Assembly (NCBI GenBank): GCA_965287045.1
Contig: OZ336870.1
Span: 94,736,001 to 94,800,000 of the forward strand
Direction of reading: 5' to 3'
Length of the DNA: 64,000 nucleotides
DNA from: Carcharhinus amblyrhynchos
Lineage: Eukaryota
Made by a program: the position numbers and the translations under genes. The notes under the pieces were generated by a model. It ran no database searches and was not told the origin of the DNA. It was given only the letters and a program-made list of their open reading frames with translations. Positions within the stretch are counted from its first letter, which is position 1. Every line of letters starts with the position of its first letter. This document shows, one piece after another, positions 37,849-49,794 of this stretch.

Positions 37849-38808
37849 AGCGCATGAATTTGTGCCCAAGTGCAATCAACTCAATTCACCAGTGATTCAT
37901 TTTAATTCTTTCAGATCTGATCATGACTTAAACTCATAAAGTCAAACAAACTCTTCAGACAATAAGTTCAAAAGAAGTTTATTCAAAAGAAAAATATACA
38001 GAGTTACAATATGGAATTAATTAACGCTGAATGTGTGGGGGGGATCACAGATTCATCCAGATAAATCTAGTATACAAAACACATATCTGCGATCAAGATC
38101 AATTCACAACATTCTTTCCAAACTAAGTAAGATCTAATTGTCAATAACCTGATTCACCTAAAAAGAAAAAAAATAGAAAAGATAAATCCAAGCAAAATAG
38201 TATTTTTATGACTTGTCATGAATGATCAAGGTGCAGAAGTGCACTCTTTGCTATATCTTCTTCATTGACACGTGTTTTTGGACCAGCATAAGTCTAACAA
38301 AGAGATTTTTTCTGAACCCTTGGACATCATACTATGTCAAGCCACACAACTATTAGATCTTTGGTAGGCTCTGGCAATCATCAGGCTAATTTAAATGGTC
38401 CTCAATATTTTCATGTGATACAATTTTGATTCATTAATTTTGGTTAATTTGAGACCATTGGGCCTCATATTGGTATATCATAGTATTTGAAATTTCTGAA
38501 GCTGAAACAATTCCAGCTAGCTTGCATCTTTCTGAAAATATCTAAACTTCAAAACACAAATACAAAATTCAGAATCTGGTCTTTCCTATATTTTTTATTA
38601 GTTATGTTCATTCACCTTATAAGTCATCAGTTAAATCATTGTCACAACATAAAATCAACAACACCAATAAAAGAAAAAAATCAAATTGTTAAGTGGTCTC
38701 AGAACAGCTGCTTTGTTCAACCTTGTGGGCTTATTTCAGTGAATATCAAATGGTTTCAATGTGAAAATGATCAGGTTTTACTGAAAATCACTAAACAAGC
38801 TCACTTAT
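37849..38808. mobile_element. AT-rich insertion of unknown class splitting the LINE (possibly a hAT relic)
   Basis: LINE sequence ttcaaaca|tggacaaaag is interrupted here; weak motif NDQGAEVHSLLY at ~38220-38257. Confidence 0.35.
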
Positions 38809-39254
38809 GATGGACAAAAGGGTGAAGGCAAGAGGGGAGATGAGTTTGTCATCAAAATCTTTAACATCAAGGTAACATTTGATCAAGCTTGACATCAAGG
38901 GACCCTGCCAAAATGGAAGTCAATGAGAATAAGCAGAAAGACACTATTGGCTGGATTAGGACGTGGTACAAAAAATATTGTTGCGGTTGGTTGAGGCTAA
39001 TTATCTCAGCCCCAGGACATCTCTGCAAGAGCTCCTCAGGGTAATGATGAAAGCCCAGCTTAAGCTGCTTCATCAATTACCTTTCTACTATCATTAGGTC
39101 AGAAGGGGGATGTTCGCTGATGATGCACAGTGTTCAATACTATTTTCAGCACCTCAGATTCTGAAGCAGTCAACGTCTATGCAACAACACCTGGGCAACA
39201 TTCAGGCTTAGGCTGATATGTGGTTAGTAACATTCACACCACATAAGTGGAAGT

Positions 39255-40503
39255 TGTTATGATCTCAGCTGGTCTTATAACTGGACGGAAAGATCCCCGG
39301 ACAGAAACTCTAGCTCAATAGACCATAATTTTTTTTTACTTTAGAAAACGTGAAGGAATAAAGTCACGGGACCACTAATTAGATTTTACAGCAAGAAAAT
39401 AAATATTTATTATACTTAGAAAGTTTGATTATGATGCAATGTTTCTTTTCTCCTCCCCCCCACCCTGCCCCCCCTTAGCTTCACAAGTATAAACAGATTT
39501 TAAGGTTACCATGTGTTACAAAGTATATTTCTGAGGATATAATGGTCTCAGTAGCACACGGTCCCATTTAACACATAGGTTGGCTGTGGTCCGACACATT
39601 CTATTCTGAGCCCAAGTGGATTTTTCTTGAAATTCCATCCAGATAATCCTTATACCATGGACTACTTATCTCATGGAATTCCAGCTTCCACAAGAATTAT
39701 TTCAAGCTCAGCTGGCAAAAAGATACACTTTCAAATCTTCTTTTAAAGAATGCTTTCCCTCAGTTGCTTCTGTCAATGATTCGCTTTCAAGTTTTGTACC
39801 TCCCCCTTCAGGATTCTTTTTGTCTAGATTGTTACACAAATCTTCACAATTTCTTTATCTATCAATTTCCAGACTTTAAGATGGCATCAAACTTGATTTA
39901 TCCCAGAAGTCTGCCTTCCCACTTTAAACCTGGCTACTGTGGCTGTGCCTTCAATTCGGAACACTTGACCTCCTCCTCCATTGAATTTGAATTCTCCTGA
40001 TCAGTACTTGGTTTAACCTTTTTGTTTCTGTTTCCTTAACTTCAGTCCTCCTAAGACATTCTTTCTGTCCCAATTCCCTAGTTGTCTGGATTTTGTGTTT
40101 TTTTGGGAAGTCTACCTTTTTACAGCCCCCTTGTCCTGTCCAGCTTTTCTTCTGACCAAACGGAGAGATGTTCTGTCCCTGGCTTCCTATCTTCAACTGC
40201 AATATACCCAGCTAAAAACTAATCTAAGAAAGACTTCTTACCTTAAAAGACCATAGTTGCTAAGCAACAACTTCTCCTTCTTCAATTTCATGTTTACTTT
40301 AATGTTTTAATTTCTCTGAGCACAATAGAAGCAATTTGAGTTGAAATCAAGTTGCCCCATGCATACAAACACCTTTGTCCAGCATGAATCTATTTACACT
40401 TCTTTATACTGAAACATTAAATTAAAGCTACTTAAAAGTATACCTCATTTCTAAATTAACAATGCAGTACATATCACTTAACACTACTTTTGTTTTCCTG
40501 ACA
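39255..40503. mobile_element. Solo LTR (Gypsy-type) inserted in the LINE
   Basis: Termini TGTTA...TGACA, flanks aagt/aagg; the LINE resumes at ggcaatgatcatctccaacaag. Confidence 0.7.
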
Positions 40504-40780
40504 AAGGCAATGATCATCTCCAACAAGATAAAATCCAATCATCTCCCTTTGACACTCAATAGTATTCCCATCACTGAACTCCCCAATATCAATGTTCTAA
40601 GAGTTAGCATTGGCCAGACATTGAACTAGATCAGCCAAATAAGATCTACAAGAGCTGATCAGAAGCAAGGAATTCCAAGGCAAGTAACCTACCCTCTGAC
40701 TCCCCAAAGCCTATCCAGGATCTACAAGGCATTGCAGGTGATGAAATACTCCCCACTTGCCTGGATTAGTGCAACCCCAT

Positions 40781-41150
40781 CATAAGAACATAAGAACATA
40801 AGAAATAGGAGCAGGAGTAGGCCATCTAGCCCTTCGAGCCTGCCCCGCCATTCAATAAGATCATGGCTGATCTGTTGTGGCTCAGTTCCACTTTCCCGCC
40901 CTCTCCCCATAACCCTTAATCCCCTCTCTTATCAAGAACCCATCAACCCGCTTCTTAAAAATATTTAGCGAGGCAGCCTCCACCACTTCAACGGGCAGAG
41001 AATTCCAGAGATTCACCACCCTTTGAGTGAAGAAGTTCCTCCTCAACTCCGTTCTAAACCGCCTCCCCTTTATCTTGAGGCTGTGCCCCCTAGTCCTACT
41101 GTCTTTTTTGAGCGGGAAGAGTCTCTCCACCTCTATCCTATCCATCCCAT
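40781..41150 (-). mobile_element. Young CR1 3' end, same subfamily as 32306 and 45748
   Basis: ORF 40882..41160 GMDRIEVERLFPLKKDSRTRGHSL...GYGERAGKWN; flanking direct repeat cccatca. Confidence 0.95.
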
Positions 41151-41607
41151 CAATAGTCAAAAAGCTTCAACCACCCAGGACAAAACAGTCCACTTGATTG
41201 GCTCCCCATCCATTACCTTAAGAATTTACTCTCTCCACCTCAAACACACGGCGGGAGCAGTGTGTACCATGTATCAGATGCAGTTCAGGAATTCACCAAA
41301 GCTCCTTCAACAACATTTTCCAAATCCGCAAGTTCTACCAGTATAAGAACAAGGGCACCAGATACATGGGAACACTTTCAGTTGCAAGTTTCCCTCCAAG
41401 TAACAACCATCCTAACTTGGAATATTCCACAATTCCTTCACTGTTTGTAAGTCAAAATCCCAGAACTCCCTTCCTAAAAGTACCTACAGCTCATAAACTA
41501 CAACTGTTTAAGAAGGCAGTTCACCACCAACGATTCAGGTTGGGCAACAAATATCATCATTTTGAGAGATGCCCACATCTTACAAAAAACTTAAATGTAA
41601 GCAAGAA

Positions 41608-43945
41608 GGAACACAAGAACATAAGAAATAGGAGCTGGAGTAGGCCATCTAGTCCCTCCAGCTTGGTCTGCCATTCAATAAGATCATGGCTGATCTGATA
41701 GTGGTTCAGTTCCACTTACCCACCTGCTCCCCATAACCTTTAATTCTCCTATTGGTCAAAAACTATCTGTGACTTAAACACATTTAACGAGGTAACCTCT
41801 ACTGCTTCAATGGGCAGAGAATTCCAAAGATTCACTATCCTCTGTGAGAAGAAGTTCTTCCTCAACTCTGTCCTAAATTGACTCCCCTGTATTTTGAGGC
41901 TGTGCCCCCTAGTCTTTGTTTCCATTCTAAGTGGAAATAACCTCGCTGCTTCTATCCTGTCTAGCTCATTTATTATCTTATGTGTCTCTATAAGATCTCC
42001 CCTCAATTTTCTAAACTCTAATGAGTACAGGGCCAGTCTACTCAATCTCTCCTCAGAAGCTAACCCCCTCATCTCCAGAATCAACCCGGTGAACCTTTTC
42101 TGCACCCCTTCCAAAGCTAATATGTCCTTTCTTAAATAAGGGGACCAAAATTGTACACAGTACTCTAGGTGCGGCCTCACCAGTACCTTGTACAATTGAA
42201 GCAAGACCTCCCTGCTTTTATATTCCATCCCTCTCGCGATAAAGGCCAACATTTCGTTTGCCTTCTTGATCACCTGCTGTACCTGCAAACTGAGTTTTTG
42301 TGATTCATGCACAAGGACCCCCAGGTCCCTCTGCACAGTAGCATGTTGTAATTTTTCACCATTTAAATAATAGTCCATTTTACTATTATTCCTTCCAAAG
42401 TGGATAACCTCACACTTACCAACATTATACGCCATCTGCCAAGTCCTTCCCAATCACTTAGCCTATCCAAATCTCTCTGCAGACTTTGTGTTCTCTATGC
42501 AATTTGCTTTCCCACTCATCTTTCTGTCATCTGCAAACTTTGTTACCCTCCACTTGATCCCCTTCTCTGGATCGTCTATGTATATGGTAAACAGTTGAGG
42601 CCCCAGCACCAATCCCTGCAGCATGCCACTAGTCACCGACTGCCAACCGGAAAAGCACCCATTTATTCCAACTCTCTGCTTTCTGTTAGATAGCCAATCC
42701 TCAATCCACGCTAACACCTCACCCCCAACTCTGTGTACCTTTATCTTATGCAGCAACCTTTTGTGAGGCACCTTTTCAAATGCCTTCTGGAAATCTAAAC
42801 CACTTCAACCAGTTCCCCTCTGTCAACAGCACTCGTTATATCTTCATAAAATTCCAGTAAATTGTTCAAACATGACTTTCCCTTCATGAATCCATGCTAC
42901 ATCTGTTTGATTGAACCATTCTTTTCCAGGTGTCTTGCTATTTCTTCCTTAATGATAGATTCCAGCATTTTCCCAACTATGGATGTTAAGCTAACCAGCC
43001 TGTAGTTACCTGCCTTTTGTCTACCTCCTTTTTTAAACAGTGGCATTATATTAGCTGTTTTCCAATCAGCTGGCACCTCCCCGGAGTCCAGCGAATTCTC
43101 ATAAATTACAGCTAATGCATCTACTATTACTTCTGCAATTTCTTTTAGTACCCTGGGATGCATTCCATCCGGACCCGGGGACTTGTCTACCTTTAGTCCC
43201 ATTAGCCTACCCAGCACTACCTCTTTAGTAACAGTGATCATTTTAAGGTTCTCCCCCCCTACGGTCCCATGACCATCAATTATCAGTATGCTATTTGTGT
43301 CCTCCACTGTGAAGACCGACACAAAGAACTTGTTTAAGGTCTCGGCCATTTCATCATTTCCCATTATTACATCTCCCTTCTCATCTTCTATGGATCCAAC
43401 ATTTATTTTAGCTACTCTTTTCCGTTTTATATATTTGAAAAAACTTTTACTATCAGTTTTTATGTTTTGTGCTAATTTACTTCCATAATCTATCTTTCCT
43501 TTATTGCTTTCTTAGTAGTTCTTTGTTGTTTTTTAAAGTTTTCCCAATCTTCTAGTTCCCCACCAATTTTGGCCACTCTGTATGCATTGGTTTTTAATTT
43601 GATGCTCTCCTTTATTTCCTTAGTTATCCATGGCTGATTATCCCTTTTCTTATATGCCTACTTTTTCACTGGAATATATTTTTGCTGAGTACTGAGAAAA
43701 ATCTCCTTCAAAATCCTCCACTGTTCCTCAACTGTCCCACCAACTAGTCTGTGCTCCCAGTCTACATTAGCCAACTCCATTCTCATCCTATTATATCCCC
43801 TGTTGTTCAAGCAGAGGACACTGGTTTGGGACCCTACTTTCTCACCCTCCATCTATATTAGAAATTCAACCATATTGTGATCACTCATCCCAAGAGGATC
43901 CCTCACAAGGAGATCATTAATTTTACCTCTCATTACACAGGCCAG
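41608..43945 (-). mobile_element. CR1 LINE, ~2.3 kb (post-endonuclease region, RT, 3' tail)
   Basis: ORFs 41749..42453, 42463..42771 (TKFADD), 42897..43364 (KSPGPDGMHPRVLKE...GNYRLVSLTS) and 43658..43852. Confidence 0.95.
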
Positions 43946-45379
43946 GAAGAAGCCCAATCCCTTGTGAACATTTTAAGTCCTGAGAAGACTTTTTCAATGT
44001 AAGTGAAACTGCTTTGAGACAATATTAAATAGCTTTTAATGGGGTGTTTGGCGACTTAATTTTTCAAAACTATATATTTATATTTCTTATCTTTTAAATC
44101 TTATTTTAGCTGTCTATACTAAATTTATAAAATCAGAGGTTATTTTGAAACAAAGTATTTCTGAAATGTGAAAGCTGGTTTCAACAGAATTATTAGTTGT
44201 GCTTGTATAGGTTGCAAACTCAGAATTAGCAGTTTTTCCCATCTGTTGAATATTTGATCAAGCCAGAATAAGTATTAACCACTTAAGCCAATTAGAAACA
44301 TTTGATAAACAATCCTTTGCACCATCTATTGGCCTGCATTGTTCATATTCTGGGGACTCGGCTATCTGGTGAGTTGACGGGATCTCATCCTTGCTGACTC
44401 TGACAAACCTGTGGCCGTTTTATCCACTAACAAGCATTGATTGGAGATATTGTCCATCCATCACTTTGATTTGGTCTCGCCTTGGAGAGCAGATGGCTAA
44501 TCAGATTGACTGGCACCTCTCCAGTCTCTCCAAGCACAGCACTGCAGTGGCCGGAAAAGATATTGCAACAATATGCCTGGGACTAAATGTTGGGAGATGG
44601 AGGTCACATAAATGATAGAGATCTCAGAGAGAGAAAGGTAGTGGACACTGAGGGGTCCCCAGGGTGACAATTGGGGTCCTAGAGGATAGGATGGTAGATA
44701 GGAGAGGGAGCTCTGGAGGTTTCTGGCCTACATGGGCAGGCACACATCATTCTCATTTCCATGAAATTCTGTCTGCTCGACATAATATTATTCCAGTTTG
44801 AAGCAGGTGGGAGGGAATCCCATCCATACAATTTGTTCTTTGTAAATCAATGATTTTGTTGCATATATCACAGAAACTATATGGTCCCAAAATGCTGTAA
44901 GTATTCTGTGCTCTCATTTTGTTATTTCTTTGAATCCAGTTAGTTAGCATTTTGTGAAGGAAAATGCAACCTTGTTAATATAATTTAGTAGTACGAGATT
45001 AAATAAGCACAAACTTCAGGTTTCGCAAAAAGTAAGTTAAATTTTTGACAGTGGAGATCACTTTACAAAAGCACTATTATGAATCTTCAGATGTTTGACA
45101 CAATAAAATATAGTATTTAAGACCCATGACGAAAGTGAAAAAATAGCTAACTGTGCAACATGGTATACATTCACTTGGTCACAAATGAAAACAGTTATAT
45201 ATCTATGCATTACAAACAATGTTATGGGCATTTCATGAGGTATACATTAGGGAGATTAATTTTTTATGTTCAAATCAGCTTGTGTTAATTTTGTGCTAAA
45301 TTGCAATCATTTTGTACTTTATGGAGCTGGTGGCTTCATTTTTCCAGACGTTCCTGAAAGTGCTCTCATAAATGCGTAG

Positions 45380-45505
45380 CTTAGAGGGGTTAGTGGATAT
45401 AACATGTAGGGATATGGCAGTAGGGCCTGGGTGGGATTGTGTTCGGTGCAGACTAGATGGGCCAAAGGGCCTCTTTCTGCACTGTAGGGTTCTTTGATTC
45501 TATGA
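45380..45505 (+). mobile_element. V-SINE 3' tail fragment
   Basis: agggcctgggtgggattgtgttcggtgcagactagatgggccaaagggcctctttctgcactgtagggttctttgattctatga. Confidence 0.75.
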
Positions 45506-45747
45506 AATCCAATAGATTATTGCACTGTGGTGATTGTGGTGAATGTCTCTTTAACACCACAGAAGAGGGGCCAATTTGGACTGCGAGTGGATAATCGCCA
45601 CAGGGAGAGAGTCCTGTCTTTGGGAGAAGGCAGTTGAAGATATGTAGAAGACATGTAGGGACTGGGGCAGCCAATGGGTGGCTCCAGGACAACTGGAGGG
45701 GCTGCCAACCTTGTACAATATTTTCTTATTAATAAATACCTTGTCGT

Positions 45748-46263
45748 ATTTTGGCCTTGGAGGGAGTGCAGAGGAGGTTTACTAGGCTGATGCCGGAGTT
45801 GAGGGGGTTGAGCTATGAGGAGAGGCTGAATAAAGTAGGCTTGTACTCGTTAGAGTTTAGAAGAATGAGGGGAGATCTCATTGAGACGTATAAGATGATG
45901 AATGGGATGGATAGGATAGAGGTGGAGAGGCTCTTCCCGCTCAGAAAGGATAGTAGGACTAGGGGGTACAGCCTCAAGATAAAGGGGGGGCAGTTTAGAA
46001 CGGAGTTGAGGAGGAACTTCTTCACTCAAAGGGTGGTGAATCTCTGGAATTCTCTGTCCATTGAAGTGGTGGAGGCTACCTCGCTAAATATTTTTAAGAC
46101 GCAGGTTGATGGGTTTTTGATAAGAGAGGGGATTAAGGGTTATGGGGAGAGGGCGGGAATGTGGAACTGAGCCACGACAGATCAGCCATGATCTTATTGA
46201 ATGGCGGGGCAGGCTCGAAGGGCTAGTTGGCCTACTCCTGCTCCTATTTCTTATGTTCTTATG
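45748..46263 (+). mobile_element. Young CR1 3' end inserted in the LTR
   Basis: ORF 45751..46170 uninterrupted and nearly identical to 32368..32788; possible TSD gtatt. Confidence 0.95.
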
Positions 46264-47229
46264 TATTCCTGACAAAGCCTCTGAAATGCATCATTACATT
46301 GGCGATAAGGCTGGTATGAATTATGAGGACACTGCCTGTGGCCCAACACTTGTGAGTAGCCTGTTTTAATCGAAGGCTGAAGAGAAAAGAAATACTCACC
46401 TAAAGGCCTATCTTTGGGAGGATAGACCCAATGAGATATGGAAATATTGCCAGATCCTAAGGGGCAGGCATGAAAATTGGTTGGAGGACTCAGAGGTTTA
46501 GACATATATAGGAAAACATGAAGCGAAAATAAATCTTAGATGCAAGAGCAGTGATTTTGCGTTCAAGATAAAATAGAACATCTAAAGAGTTGCTGCAGAG
46601 TATTTTTTAGAAGAAAAAAGAGAACAAAGCACAGAGAGCGGTGTTTTTTAAGTGAAAATGCCCTATGCAGCTGTAGTGCGGTCTCCAGAGGTGTGGGACA
46701 ATGAAGAGGCCGAGATTGCCAGGCTCCTGGTCCAAGTGAAGTCTGTGTGGGGGTGTCCAGGTAGCTGTGTCTGCACTGAGGGACTGTAGGCAGCAGAGGT
46801 CCAAAGAGAAATCCCTAACCTGTTTGAAAGAAAGTGCTAAAAACAACAGATGGCACTGAATCTTGCAATGAAATTAACAAAAGAAACAGACACATCTAAC
46901 AGAAAAAATAGGATGGATTCTCCATGCTGCCCCCAGGAAAAAAAAGGCTACAAAAATCACTGGAAGAGCTTTCAGTAAAAGAGAAAAAAAAATTTAAAAT
47001 AAGGTTCAAAAAGAAACAGTCAGGATTCATGCCAAAATGTCAAAAGTTTAGAAAAGCACAGAAAACCATTAACAGCTGATAGCTGAAAAAAAGTCAACAG
47101 TCTTAAGGTTGTAATACATTTAAAGTGTCAATGCACTTAAAGCAGCAACCACAAGAAGCAACCAACAGTAATGGACGGGAAAATTGGAGAATACTCCAGA
47201 TAGAGGGCAACTCTCAGAAAATGTCCACA

Positions 47230-47460
47230 AGCAACCAAGACCTCAGGGAAGTAGCAATGCCATATCTCAGAGAAGGGAATGAAGGCCTCAAGAAAGAGGC
47301 AACAGAAGACCTCAAAGAGGAGGCAATAGAATGTCCCCAAAATGAGGTCAATGAAAGACCCTGAAGGGAGGGTAGTGAAAGAACCCCAGAGGAGGGCAGC
47401 AAAAGACTCAGGAGGGAAGGCAATGAAAGACCCTAGGAGGGCAACGAGAGAACTGCAGAG
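47230..47460 (+). repeat. Degenerate 24-nt (8-aa) tandem repeat in the gag-like region
   Basis: EGNEGLKK EATEDLKE EAIECPQN EVNERP*R EGSERTPE EGSKRLRR EGNERP* EGNERTAE. Confidence 0.75.
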
Positions 47461-49794
47461 TAGGAACAAGCCAAAACTTTCATTGAAGACAGATCTGTTC
47501 ACAGTGAAGATAAGAAATGCAGGTTCCATTTGTGAAACATATATGTCCAGTAAGATTATGGTGGATTCACGGAGGAATGCAAAAATTAAAAATTTCACAA
47601 GAAACTAGAAACTAATGAATATTAAGAGGAATCAGCAAAAGGAATGAAAGCTCTAGAGAAGGCATTAAAACAAGATAAAATGCCAGACACGAAACATTAA
47701 AAAATTGCAAAAATTTACAAGATGAAGTTAAGAAGAAGGGGAAATGAATGAAACAATGTAAAATAAGCAGAACTCCATGAAAAGCAACTAGAAAATAAGA
47801 ACAAGTCCAGTGAAGAATTGATTTTAGAGGATAAGAACTTGAAAAAAGGAAACTTGACTATGAGAAATTAACTAAAGAGGTAAAAGCATTGAAATTAACA
47901 GCAGAATCAGCAACTCAGACAGAGGAAGAAACTGAATGTCAGAATAAGATTGCTGAAATGGTCACAGAAATGGAAAAGTCTGTACGGAAGAGCTCCACGC
48001 AGGACTAAATTTGGAACTGCACATAGTTAAAGCCCACCAATAAAGATGTTTATGTTTAAAAACATACACGCCTCAAGATCTCATCAACGAGCCATCACCA
48101 CTGCAACAATAAAAAATGTTCATATTAAGTATGTAATATGACATGGTGTGGAATTCTCTGGCTGTACATGCCCCAAGACTAGAAATTCCCACCCAATCTC
48201 AATGGCCTTTAAGTAGTCTGCTGAATTTTTTGCCTCAATTTCTGTGGTGGGTGAGATGGAAGAATTTCAGCCATGGTTTCATGATATGAAACATAGGAAG
48301 TGGATCAAGTTAGATCCCTGGAATTATTGTCACTCTAACCTGATTCTGAGGCACCCAGTAGACATGGAGGGGTGGATTGTTCATAAACGTGGTGGAACAC
48401 TTGAGGAGTAGAGAGACTATCCAGAAATCAGCGTTATCATCAAGACATGTATTCAAACCTATAAGCACCATAGTATCTGAGCGTCTCAGCAATCTGTTAG
48501 GGACATAACCAATGTCTTTGTGGAAGCAAGTTGGAATGAACAGCCTGTGCCAGAAGGCTGTACCTGTTATTGCAGTTCCTGCTAATGTCAATCCTATCGA
48601 AACATCTCAGACAATAGAATTATGCCACTCTACGAGAAACAGACAAACCCCTTAAATATTTGATTTATATATTGTTGGAAGTGAGGAGGGAAAGAAGCTG
48701 GTAAAGCAGGATATCACAAGGCAAGAGATTTAAGGGCATAGGGAGGCTCTTCAGAAGATCGACGACTTAAGTACTACTGACATGCCAGGAAAAATAAATA
48801 GCAGAAATGGGAAGCTATTTCAGGCCTGAAAACCACCAGATGTTTCAACAACTGGATCACACTGTCAGAGGAAGTAACCACTGGACAACAAGATTGTGAC
48901 ACATCTGCCAACAAGAGGCATCAGAAGGATCAGCACACAATTCCCTGTGACAGAAGTAATAGCTAGTCGCTTCTGTCATTTCTCTGAATGATGATCTACA
49001 TTGGAATGCAGAGCCAGTTAGCGAGACAATGTCAATATATTGAGTTTAGTGGCATTCCCCAAATACACAGCACCATTGAATGCACTCTCATCACATCTCC
49101 AATACATGCAGATGTCTTACTTCATAAATATTGCTTCCTGAACATTGTGAAGTTGTATGCCCACAAGAAACGAATTTTGAAAGTGAATGCTCAGTGATTG
49201 TCCAGATATTGATGGGATTAAGGATTCTCTGCCATGTGCGAGAAGGGAAACAGAATGTAGAATTAGCTTTTGGGGTGGGCATGGATGGGTGGGGGGGGGT
49301 GCATGGGAGGGCTGCCCATATACTCCAAACATTGCTGCTGTTGCCTGTGCAGAGCATCCTCAAGCAAGCACACACAAACATCAGCATTTATGAGACAACA
49401 ACATTACTGCAGACAACTTTGGCATTGTAGGACAGAACTTCATAAATTTGCTTTTGTTGTTACTTATCATATGTCTGATTAAATTGACAAAATGACCATA
49501 GTGTGTTCTATGTTTCAGAATATTGCCATTTAAATTGTCAGATGATACTTACTGAAAATGAGCAGTAATAAAGCCAAAATGCAAAGAAAGGCAAGTCAGG
49601 AACTCTTGATCTCATACTTGAAGTGACAGATGTTGATGAATACCTTACTTACTCTTGGTTTGAAATTTGCTCATGGCTATTTCTCCAAACAGGGTAAAGT
49701 TTGTCTGTGCCCTACTTTCCAGCACTTTTTGTCCAATAACTCTAAACTTGAAGTGATTCAACATATATTTCTAATTATATGAAAACAAAGGTAT

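Larger units (their letters stand above)
37080..41590 (+). mobile_element. Old non-LTR retrotransposon of a CR1/Jockey-group lineage distinct from the canonical CR1 copies, broken by three insertions
   Basis: Pieces read ...MVLKT*AP*LAKHLAKL...IYPTMWK...QFGFHQGQLTPDL (37540-37850), DVR/MFADD region (39105-39125), MKYSPLAWISATP (40740-40780), IYSLHLKHTAGAVCTMYQM (41220-41280), and a 3' tail at ~41500-41590. Confidence 0.8.
45526..49000 (+). mobile_element. Gypsy-like LTR retrotransposon 5' part: LTR (45526..46298, split by a CR1), PBS and decayed gag-like region
   Basis: TGTGGTGA...AATAAA...TCATTACA followed immediately by tTGGCGATAAGG (46300..46310); purine-rich, stop-interrupted coiled-coil-like coding sequence at ~46660-48010; right boundary uncertain. 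Confidence 0.5.

Noticed and set aside
46400-46456. 57-nt minus-strand exon-like segment with strong splice sites
   Set aside because: Lies antisense within the leader of the putative LTR element; no evidence that it is used.
47230-47460. Periodic repeats considered as a CRISPR-like array
   Set aside because: No unique spacers and a eukaryotic context; it is a degenerate 24-nt coding-type tandem repeat.
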